Position numbers and translations under genes: made by a program. This document shows positions 1-9,853 of a stretch of 64,000 bases of DNA, piece after piece. The notes under the pieces are model-generated. The model saw only the letters and a list, made by a program, of their open reading frames with translations, was not told the DNA's origin and did not search any database. Origin of the DNA: Podarcis vaucheri (lineage: Eukaryota); the NCBI GenBank assembly GCA_965113315.1, contig OZ220368.1. The stretch is one strand, 5' to 3'. Every line of letters begins with the position of its first letter. Positions within the stretch are counted from its first letter, which is position 1.

Positions 1-16
1 ATTCTGTGATTCTATG
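1..16 (+). mobile_element. Probable 3' tail of a CR1 LINE cut by the window edge
   Basis: attctgtg-attctatg, the CR1 (ATTCTRTG)n terminal octamer, also seen at 47060-47085. Only 16 nt are visible. Confidence 0.45.
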
Positions 17-3000
17 AACATTATGAGGGCAACAAGTTTTCTCCATCTGGATTATAGGGTCCCAGCTGTTCAAAATATTTGGATAGGATTTTGGCACTAG
101 AATACCCAGATTCAAATCTTAGATGTAGATCTACATGTAGATGTAGAGATAACTATCTAGTGGGATGAAGTACTAATGTTTTAATACTTATAATGGGAAC
201 AACAAGGTATTGTGATAATCTGACTGTCAGGCTTTTGTAAAAGGACAGGATATTGCACACCTGTATATATTATTCATGACAATATATTAATCGTAAGCAT
301 ATTAATCTTACCCCATTGTGTTGCCCATTGTTCCAAATCACTGAAAACCTCCTTCATGAACCTATTCAGATTCAATATAATCATTTGAGAAATATCCAAA
401 ATACCTAAGTAAGTTAAAACCCTGTTCACCAACAAAATGGCCAGTTATCGAATAAGGTATTTCAGATTTTGATTAATTAATTGTATACCCTGACATTCTA
501 CCAAAACTATTTTTATTAAATAACATTGCATTGAAGACTTTGTTTCCTTTGTTGCTCTTTGCCCTGTGCAACATGGCTCCAAGACAATTCCTTTTCTACT
601 AGTATGGCCCATCCATTCAGTTCTTAGTAATAGATAATGCAGAACTCATTTTTACTTATGGGTCTCTCCCCCCCCCCTTTAAGTCATTTTAAGGGAACAA
701 TTCTACAACTATAATTGACTTGACATAAGCCAGACCTGGACCTTCAGAGACTTAACATCAAAGTTCTGCACTGAGCTACAGAACAACTGTTAACATTCAA
801 GACAGCCACTAAATAAATCTGGCACACATTTCCAGTATCCTACACTGCTGGAGGCCTGAAGCTCAGTAAGAAGCGTTAATGAATAGCCAGCTTTTAGGAC
901 TGCCAGTTGTAAAGCTGAGTTTTGTTTGAAGTGCTTTTACACATCAGTTATCCCTTTTTTGTTTTTCATTTTTTTGTGTCATAAAGAAGTAATAAAGACT
1001 AACCAAATAGGTGCTGAGTGCATAGGGAAACTAGGCTCCATTGACTGACACTTCCTTTTTCTGTGCATCTCATGGCAAATTGAACCAGACTTGAAGGAAT
1101 CCTTCTCTAGTGTCAACAGCAATCTGCCTTTAGTTCAAGAGACAATTTCCAGCTGCCAGCACTGTATAGCAGAGGGCCTGGATCTCATGATGTACATGGC
1201 TCTATCTTGGCTCTGAGCTGTGGGCACTTACTTAAAATGTGGTATATTCATAGTAGACTTATTGAAATCAATGAACCTAGACTCCCAGCCTGGCAGAGAA
1301 TGGCTTTTGAACTTGTGTCCCCAAAGAACCAACCTGAGAGAGCATACAATGACTAAAATGTTGCACTACAGCAGTATAGTGGCCATCCTCATTAGATTTG
1401 AACCACCTTCCAGGAAATATAAGTGTATTTCATTCTTCTATAATAAAAAGGTATATTCCAGTGGGTGGGATAAAAGAAGGTACAGCCTTATAACCCTTCT
1501 CATGATGAACTGAAGAGAGGCCCTGCATCTTCTGTGAATGCCTGCATTTTATTTCCTCTTGATACTGTCTTTCTGGAGAGCTTTAGATTTTATTGTCGGG
1601 TGGAATGTTTGCTCAACAGCATTTTTCTTTAAAGTGGTCAAGTAGGTAGGTTTCTGAATTCTGACCTTTTATGAAGTTAAATAAAGTTCATCTTGATATT
1701 GTGTGTAGCGTTGTCTATCTTTAGGTTTGATGCTAATGAAGTGCAGCTGCACAGACCTTGAAGAGGCAGCTGGGGAAACTGAGGCAAAAGACAGAAATAA
1801 TCAAGCCTTTTAATACTACAGTGTTTCAGTCCTATTTGAGTACTGTATTGGAACCATGTGCTAGTCAGATGTAGATGCCAGTTAGAATTACAGAACTTGC
1901 TTCAAATTAAACAAGTTCTGTTTCTGTTGTGAATACCATAAGCTCTTCAACTAGATGGTGGAACTGCCATTCATAACAACTAATCCTTTATGTTCTAGCA
2001 AAACCAAACCAAAACAACCAGGGATTTTTCTGTTAAATCCATTGATTTATAGCTCCTGAAAAATCATGCTTTGTGTTAGACATATTGGGGTTATTCAAAG
2101 GTTGCTCAGTTACCCTGGGTTATTAATCACATGGATAGGATTGGAGATCCTTGTGCTAACAACTGAGAACACTGCCTGGGTTTGAGAAATACATTGGGTG
2201 ACCTTGGCTGTCCAGTACCTTGGCTTCTAAGTCCTCTGTCAAATCTCCAGTTTTTCACAGCACAGCTAACATAAAATGACTGCTTGTCGTGCCCAGTAAT
2301 CTTTGTCAGAATGGGCATCACTGTGCTCAGACTAGTAAATAGTAGTTAAGTTTTTACCCTTCAAAGATGGAGTTTAAAAAAGAACAGAAGATGGAGTTCA
2401 AAAGAGAACAGGGAGTGCAGTAATTGTTTATGGAACAAGGTATGCAGTCCTTATTGTACTAATAGTAGAGTACAGTTGCATCCTGTAACCCTTTCCACTG
2501 CAGAGAGACAGAAAATTTCCATGAAGATTTAATGCCAAGTTATGCCACCTGTTTTTTAACATTGGCATCAAATAAAAATCTTCTCCATTCATGCATATTT
2601 AAACTCTTCTTTTCAGCTTTTGTGAATATAATTCATAGCCTATAAATCAGTCTTAAGTAAAATAGCATTCTTCTTGCCTAAAACAAGACAATTCATGGTC
2701 TGGGAGATTACTATAATGACATGGCTTTTATGGACAAAGACCATCCTTCCCTAAAGTTTCCACCTCATCTTAGCTGCAGTTGGTTAAGTTTTGAGCTGGG
2801 ATGAAAGTCTATTGTAGAAAAACTGCTCTATGTTTCAGCCAGTTTTGAACATGATAATTTTATAAGAGGTGGTTCAGCTACTTGGTCAAGAACAAGCTTG
2901 TTGGGTTATAGGCACGTGGCACATCAGTGGATGTTACACACATAAGCAGGAGGGGAGAACAGGCCTGAAAATACATTTGCTTTTGTTTTGGAGCTTCAGG

Positions 3001-3734
3001 AAGTTATCTGAAAATAGTTACTTGAAGTGAGTCATTAAGTTACTTTTCAACATGACTTAAAACTTTTCTGTGAGAAATGGAAGAAGACAGCTCGGTTGAA
3101 ACCATGAACCAAGTTGGCAAGTATTTTTGTACCTTCCAAAAGACCACCTTTGGTAACTTTTCAGTGAGTCAAAAGGGTGTAAAATTGTTCTGAGGGCAGA
3201 GAAGAGGGATCACCCTAAGGATCTAAGCCATCAATGAAGCAACAGAGCCAGTGTTCTCTGGGTTGCCAAAGTTCATGTGTAAGCAGTGAAATCTCAGTGC
3301 GACAAAATAGATTTTCTGGTCCAGGAGCAGAGAAGCAGGCTTAGTGTTCACCTATTGCTTACTGAAAAAAGAGCGGCAGCTTAAATAAGATACCTGTCCA
3401 GATGACAGGCGATCAATCCTCACTGGATTGCTTCCAATATAATGTGTATCCCCATTCTCATTCTGTGGCTGTTAACTGGGTGAACAGACTCGGAATATAA
3501 CAGTGGTACCTTATTGACCTAAAAATACATGTAGTATAATGTAAACTACATCAGTTATGATACCATTTGCTAGAAAAGCTCAAGAAAGTACAAGAAGCAC
3601 TAGAATATCTCCTCAGGTGCAGAATGTTATCATTCTTCCCACAGCAGTTGAGAAAATAGCTTAGGTTTTTTTCTGTTCTGTCCATCGGAATGTATTTTTC
3701 AACCAGAGTTCCATCTTCTCATTAGTGTTACTTA

Positions 3735-3999
3735 GGTTTGTTTCACTTGCGGAGAGCTGCCCGAAGCCCGGGGCGCACTCCGCTGCGCTCCCCGGGTTTC
3801 GGGCTGCAAACTCCCGCGAGCTCCCAAGGGTTGCGGATAGCTTCCTGAAGCCTGGAGAGCGAGAGGGGTTGGTGCGCACTGACCCCTCTCGCTCTCCAGG
3901 CTTCAGCGAAAGCCTGCATTCGCCCCATAGGATGCACACACATTTCCCCTTCATTTTGGGAGGGGGGAAAGTGTGTCCTATAGGGCGAAAAATACGGTA
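3735..3999. mobile_element. Half of a Tc1/mariner (Tc2-like) non-autonomous element
   Basis: GC/CpG-rich island ending ggcgaaaaatacgg+TA, the reverse complement of a TA-CCGTATTTT terminus. It contains internal palindromes (3845-3906). No left TIR was found. Confidence 0.6.
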
Positions 4000-4004
4000 T
4001 ATAT

Positions 4005-4101
4005 GCTGAACTCCCATCATCCCAGACCACTGACCATACTAGCTGGGATTGATAGAAACTGTGGTTCAGCAACATCTGGAGGGCCAGAATTTAGCTACCT
4101 G
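4005..4101. mobile_element. Short hAT-like squamate MITE fragment
   Basis: aactcccatcatccc...caacatctggagggcca motif, shared with copies at ~16120, 30821, 36855, 52405 and 58835. Confidence 0.55.
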
Positions 4102-4560
4102 GGCAATAAGTGATTGGTGCATAGGTGTAGGCTCCAGATCACCTGTCTCCTTAGTCCAATGGGGTCACTTGGTTTTCTGCAATCCACCAATAGTTTCTTT
4201 GCTTGCCACCACAGTGGGGCACAACAGGAAGCATTATTTCACTTGTTCAGAAGTGGGCCAATGTGTTTTCTCTTGTCCTTTCCATTCAGAGCTAAAACAA
4301 TGTCGCTTTCCCCAGTGACATTGCTACACAGCTTAACCTTGCTGTGTGACACCATGGTGCTGTCGTGTTAGCTACATGATCCCTGATATGCTGGAAATAT
4401 GTAGTTTGCAGGAAATAAAACTTAATGAATGGTGTTGAAGCAGTTTCCAGAAGGGACTGTGAACAGGACAAGATAAGCATGAAAACCTTGGAGGAAAAAA
4501 AAAAACATTTGCGGGGGGGGGGGCAGGGGAGTTCAGTCAACCATCAAGCCATTGTTTTTG

Positions 4561-4561
<1 letters not shown>

Positions 4562-4616
<55 letters not shown>
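4562..4616. repeat. (TA)n microsatellite, left flank of the Penelope palindrome
   Basis: Pure TA run read directly from the sequence. Confidence 0.98.
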
Positions 4617-4619
<3 letters not shown>

Positions 4620-4702
4620 CTTTCGTAGATTTTCACGGGTACAGGAATGCAGGTTTTGGTGTCTTCGGGTGTCTTCCCGTGTAAGAGTCGGGGTGTCTGG
4701 GC

Positions 4703-4736
4703 GACGTTTCGACGAGGTCTCACTCGTCATCTTCAG
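4703..4736 (-). ncRNA. Minimal hammerhead ribozyme core (left arm)
   Basis: The - strand reads CUGAAGA-U-GACGAG-ugagac-CUCGUC-GAAAC-GUC. Core boxes and 6-bp stem II are intact, but stem I is weak. Confidence 0.7.
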
Positions 4737-4970
4737 GCTGGTGCTTTCGGCTTCTTGTTACTGGAACAGAGCAGAATCTGGTGTTTGAGTTCCTATAAAT
4801 ACTGTTGAGGGGTGTGGTGTATAGCCTCCAACGTTCTGGGCAGAGAGGAAGTTCCTAGATTAGTGTGCCTTTTCTTCTTTTGTTCCTTAATTACTTGAGG
4901 GATATCTTGAGTGATTTCATGAGTGATATTCTGAATACCACTGGGTGGGTCATTAAGTGTAGATTAGTTG

Positions 4971-6404
4971 CTAAAGCTTTCGTGTCTTGACCTCTTGAGC
5001 TTGTGAAGAGTTTTTCTGAGAAGATGGCTGTGCTGCATTTAGTTGTGCTCTGGCTTGGCTTCGTGTATAGGGGCGAGCTGTGATTTTGTGCCTTGTGCCA
5101 GCCAGATCTGTGTAGGGATTGCAGGGGGGTGCAGCATCCGGAGGTGCCACTATAGTTTGGCTACTGGATGGAGTCTGTAATATGTCTGTGGAGAGGGTCT
5201 GGGTTTGGGTCTGGTGTGGTTGATTGGTGACGGCATTCTGTGTGCCTCTGGTTCTGGTGTCGGTTTTTGTGGGGAGGGCTAATTTCCAGATGTCTGGCAG
5301 GCGGGACGTGTCGTCACGCTTGTTCATGTTGTGAGGGTGTTTCTCTATCTCGATGGCTTCCATGATTATTCTCTTGTGGTGATGTTCCATGTTAAAGAGC
5401 AATTTGGAATCTGCAAAATTAATTTCGTGTCCTGTTTCTTTCATGCGTTGGAAAAGAGAGGAAGTTTTTTCTTCTTTTTTGACGGCATTCTTGTGTTCTG
5501 CGATACGTGCATTTATTCGTCTGTTTGTTTGTCCAATGTACGTGGCTGGGCAGACTTTGCAGGGTATTTCATAGACCCCTTGGTTTTCCAGCTGGATTTT
5601 GTCTTTTGGGTTTTTGAGGATATTGGCTATTTTTTGGTTGGTGCAGAAGGCTGTTTTGATATTGTGTTTATGGAGGATTTTGCTAATTTTGTCTGTAGTG
5701 CCCTTGATATAAGGAAGGAGGGCCATGCCATTGTTTTCTTCTGTGTCTTGGTTTTTGGGGGGTGTTTCTTTTTGGATTAGCTTAGTAACCCTGTTTTTCT
5801 GGTATCCATTGGCGATTAACACATTTGAGAGATTCTGTAACTCAGTTGTCAAGTGGTCTTTGTCAGCCAGGCGTTTGGTTCTGGAGATGAGAGTCTTGGC
5901 TACGGAGTTTATTTGTGCAGGGTGGTGGTGTGATTGTGCGTGTAAGTAGCGGTTGGTGTGTGTTTTTTTCCGGTAGATAGTGTGTCCTAGGGAGCCATCA
6001 GGTTTTTTGTAGATTAGGACGTCAAGAAAGGGGAGTTGGTTGTTGTCTTCTATTTCCATAGTGAATTGTATTTTGGGGTGTAGGCTGTTGAGATGTGTGA
6101 GGAAGCTATCTAGTTTTTCTTTCCCGTGTGGCCAAATTACAAAGGTGTCGTCAACATATCTGAGCCAAAGTTTGGGTTTGTGTTCTGACTTGTCTAAAGC
6201 ATTGGTTTCAAAGTGTTCCATGTACAAATTTGCGATGACCGGTGAGAGGGGTGATCCCATAGGTGCTCCTTCTATCTGTTTGTATCTTTGTCCATTGTGG
6301 ATGAAGTACGTGTTGGTTAGGCAGTGGTTGGTCAGGTCCAGGATGTATTTGGGGGGATTGTATTTGTTTTGGATGGCTGTCAAGGCTTCATTAATGGGCT
6401 TCAT
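4971..6404 (-). pseudogene. 5'-truncated Penelope-like RT/GIY-YIG ORF (left arm, 477 aa)
   Basis: GAPMGSPLSPVIANLYME and YVDD RT motifs, plus GVYEIPCKVCPATYIGQT endonuclease. The RT N-terminus is missing and the ATG comes from the junction. Confidence 0.92.
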
Positions 6405-6419
6405 TCACTCAAGGCTTCA

Positions 6420-7859
6420 TTCACTCAAGTACCCATTAATGAAGCCTTGACAGCCATCCAAAACAAATACAATCCCCCCAAATACATCCTGGACCTGACC
6501 AACCACTGCCTAACCAACACGTACTTCATCCACAATGGACAAAGATACAAACAGATAGAAGGAGCACCTATGGGATCACCCCTCTCACCGGTCATCGCAA
6601 ATTTGTACATGGAACACTTTGAAACCAATGCTTTAGACAAGTCAGAACACAAACCCAAACTTTGGCTCAGATATGTTGACGACACCTTTGTAATTTGGCC
6701 ACACGGGAAAGAAAAACTAGATAGCTTCCTCACACATCTCAACAGCCTACACCCCAAAATACAATTCACTATGGAAATAGAAGACAACAACCAACTCCCC
6801 TTTCTTGACGTCCTAATCTACAAAAAACCTGATGGCTCCCTAGGACACACTATCTACCGGAAAAAAACACACACCAACCGCTACTTACACGCACAATCAC
6901 ACCACCACCCTGCACAAATAAACTCCGTAGCCAAGACTCTCATCTCCAGAACCAAACGCCTGGCTGACAAAGACCACTTGACAACTGAGTTACAGAATCT
7001 CTCAAATGTGTTAATCGCCAATGGATACCATAAAAACAGGGTTACTAAGCCAATCCAAAAAGAAACACCCCCCAAAAACCAAGACACAGAAGAAAACAAT
7101 GGCATGGCCCTCCTTCCTTATATCAAGGGCACTACAGACAAAATTAGCAAAATCCTCCATAAACACAATATCAAAACAGCCTTCTGCACCAACCAAAAAA
7201 TAGCCAATATCCTCAAAAACCCAAAAGACAAAATCCAGCTGGAAAACCAAGGGGTCTATGAAATACCCTGCAAAGTCTGCCCAGCCACGTACATTGGACA
7301 AACAAACAGACGAATAAATGCACGTATCGCAGAACACAAGAATGCCGTCAAAAAAGAAGAAAAAACTTCCTCTCTTTTCCAACACATGAAAGAAACAGGA
7401 CACGAAATTAATTTTGCAGATTCCAAATTGCTCTTTAACATGGAACATCACCACAAGAGAATAATCATGGAAGCCATCGAGATAGAGAAACACCCTCACA
7501 ACATGAACAAGCGTGACGACACGTCCCGCCTGCCAGACATCTGGAAATTAGCCCTCCCCACAAAAACCGACACCAGAACCAGAGGCACACAGAATGCCGT
7601 CACCAATCAACCACACCAGACCCAAACCCAGACCCTCTCCACAGACATATTACAGACTCCATCCAGTAGCCAAACTATAGTGGCACCTCCGGATGCTGCA
7701 CCCCCCTGCAATCCCTACACAGATCTGGCTGGCACAAGGCACAAAATCACAGCTCGCCCCTATACACGAAGCCAAGCCAGAGCACAACTAAATGCAGCAC
7801 AGCCATCTTCTCAGAAAAACTCTTCACAAGCTCAAGAGGTCAAGACACGAAAGCTTTAG
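6420..7859 (+). pseudogene. 5'-truncated Penelope-like RT/GIY-YIG ORF (right arm)
   Basis: Element-derived sequence starts at FTQVP, the tail of RT motif A. YVDD is at 6672-6683, GIY-YIG at 7251-7298 and the stop at 7857-7859. The first ~30 aa of the 511-aa track ORF are antisense/junction read-through. Confidence 0.92.
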
Positions 7860-8093
7860 CAACTAATCTACACTTAATGACCCACCCAGTGGTATTCAGA
7901 ATATCACTCATGAAATCACTCAAGATATCCCTCAAGTAATTAAGGAACAAAAGAAGAAAAGGCACACTAATCTAGGAACTTCCTCTCTGCCCAGAACGTT
8001 GGAGGCTATACACCACACCCCTCAACAGTATTTATAGGAACTCAAACACCAGATTCTGCTCTGTTCCAGTAACAAGAAGCCGAAAGCACCAGC

Positions 8094-8127
8094 CTGAAGA
8101 TGACGAGTGAGACCTCGTCGAAACGTC
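8094..8127 (+). ncRNA. Minimal hammerhead ribozyme core (right arm)
   Basis: CTGAAGA 8094-8100, stem II GACGAG 8102-8107 / CTCGTC 8114-8119, GAAAC 8120-8124, GTC 8125-8127. Confidence 0.7.
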
Positions 8128-8178
8128 GCCCAGACACCCCGACTCTTACACGGGAAGACACCCGAAGACACCAAAACC

Positions 8179-8181
<3 letters not shown>

Positions 8182-8232
<51 letters not shown>
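8182..8232. repeat. (AT)n microsatellite, right flank of the Penelope palindrome
   Basis: Pure AT run read directly from the sequence. Confidence 0.98.
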
Positions 8233-8234
<2 letters not shown>

Positions 8235-9572
8235 CTTCATTCACTCATATAAGGGCAGTAATTAATACACAAATGCAAACTAGATTTTGCTATGCAGTCT
8301 AAGCAAGTCTTGTTTTCTGTTAGCTCAGCCAGTTGGAGAAGAGCATAAATGTTGGAAACATTTTTGTTTGCAAAACATGTAAATATCATACTTTCCCTCC
8401 CCTTTCCTTCCTTTTGGGGTCAGATGTTGGCCACAGAAGAAAGCATTTGCAGCCAATTAAGCCAGTTTCTCTTTTGGCAGGAGACTTCAGCTGTTCATGC
8501 CTCAGTCTTTTAAAATTGCATTGCTGTAAAAGGAGCATGGTTTTAATTACACTTATGCCATCTGTAGAACCTTTTGAGTTTAAAAGTAGGACTCTAATGT
8601 TCCATAATCCTGCATATATCTACAATCAAAATTCTATGCTTTTCCTGGCTCTTTACAATCCTTTTGTTGTCCAAATTCACAGAATAATTGCCAATACCTA
8701 ACCCTGTTCTTCTACATTAAAAACAGAAATGAAGTATGTATGGTAAAAGAAAAAGCTATGCAGCAACTTATTTGCCCCTTTCTGTTTATTTTACTATCTG
8801 CTGCTACAGGTTCACAGTTAGGTCAGCTAAGCCCAATTTTATGAAGTTTTCTCTCAGGGTATTTCCACATGAGAATTAATTCTGAAACTCACACATGCAC
8901 ATTGGGGCTTTTTGTTTCTTTGCACCATTCATATGACATCAGTGTCATCAAAATTCCATCTCTTAATCTTTAGTCATTTAATTCAAATTTATCCATTCTG
9001 TAAGAAATCTGGCAAGTATAACATATGCAATCATTGCTGGTGTGGAATCCTGTCAGCAGATTTGTTAATGGGTGATTTATCATGTGTGTGGTGGGTGGCT
9101 TCTACTGTCACAGGGCTGTGTGCATTTGCTCCTCACCTGAACACAATCCTTTTCATTTACAGCAACGCCTATAACTACTGATTGCTGCCTGCTTTGAATT
9201 ACAACACCCCAGCTAGGAGGAGCTCATGTCTCCATTTTGTCCATTGTGAAACATGATAACCCAAGGCTTTGGTTTTTTTACTCTTGCATGCATCTGGGGA
9301 TTTCTTTGGGCCTTTTGGTAAAGGAGTGCATGCACAAGTGAAGAAAGACTTATGTATGTGCCCAGAATAGGGAAAGGGGGAGGAGTGATTGAGGTGAAGG
9401 ACAAGAAACAGAAATTGGATGCCCATATTCAAGGTATTTCATGGGCATACATGAATTGGGGGGCAGGGATGGAGAGCATCAATAACCTATCTTGCAGGGG
9501 GGAAAGAACAGTGGAAGTGCCCCTGCCTCCACTTAAAAAACAAACCCAAGCATAGGAGATTATTGTCTTTAT

Positions 9573-9853
9573 CAGGGTTCAGCAAGGCTTACCAGCCATG
9601 GGGTGGGTCACTCCAGTGGAGATCGTCCGTGGGCTGGACTGGCACAGTGCGACGCCGGAAATCGCATCTGCACATGTCCGCAGTGCACCGGAAATCACTT
9701 CTGTGCATGCCCAGATGCTGGAAATGATTTCCGGTATCTGTGCGTGCACAGATGCGATTTCCGGCGCCGCTCGGTTTGGAGGTGGTTCGTGGGCCGGTAA
9801 AATGGTCTTCGTGGGCCGCATTCAGCCCATGGACTGCACGTTGCCGACCCCTG
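9573..9853. mobile_element. hAT (Charlie-like) MITE with 8-bp TSD
   Basis: Termini cagggttcagcaa / ttgccgacccctg. Perfect 8-bp TSD gtctttat at 9565-9572 and 9854-9861. Internal ccggaaatc repeats occur in both orientations. Confidence 0.85.

Larger units (their letters stand above)
4617..8183. mobile_element. Penelope-like retroelement (Penelope/Poseidon type): two 5'-truncated copies fused head-to-head as a palindrome
   Basis: Arms 4647-6398 and 6432-8183 are reverse complements (paired coordinates sum to 12830) around a 33-nt spacer. Both encode RT + GIY-YIG and end in a hammerhead core. (TA)n flanks both sides. Confidence 0.95.

Noticed and set aside
1745-1800. TDLEEA peptide resembling MYPT TLTDLQEAE
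   Set aside because: There are in-frame stops nearby, no convincing splice sites, and the similarity does not extend.
3501-3512. cagtggtacct matching the Tigger-like TIR
   Set aside because: It is isolated, with no partner TIR or internal similarity.
4425-4788. ORFs with IYIYIY runs (also the poly-L/Y/I ORFs at 11231-11615 and 61716-61922)
   Set aside because: These are translations of microsatellites.
6324-6419. N-terminal ~30 aa of the 511-aa ORF as a real protein start
   Set aside because: It is the antisense of the left arm plus the junction spacer, with a non-ATG start.
5331-7499. Mirror-image 136/121, 149/162, 74 and 61 aa ORFs
   Set aside because: They are antisense shadows of the A/C-rich Penelope ORF, duplicated by the palindrome.
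4617-8183. DNA transposon or foldback element with giant TIRs, or a bacterial retron/group II intron
   Set aside because: RT with a C-terminal GIY-YIG and hammerhead cores identifies a Penelope-like retroelement. There is no transposase, and the context is vertebrate.
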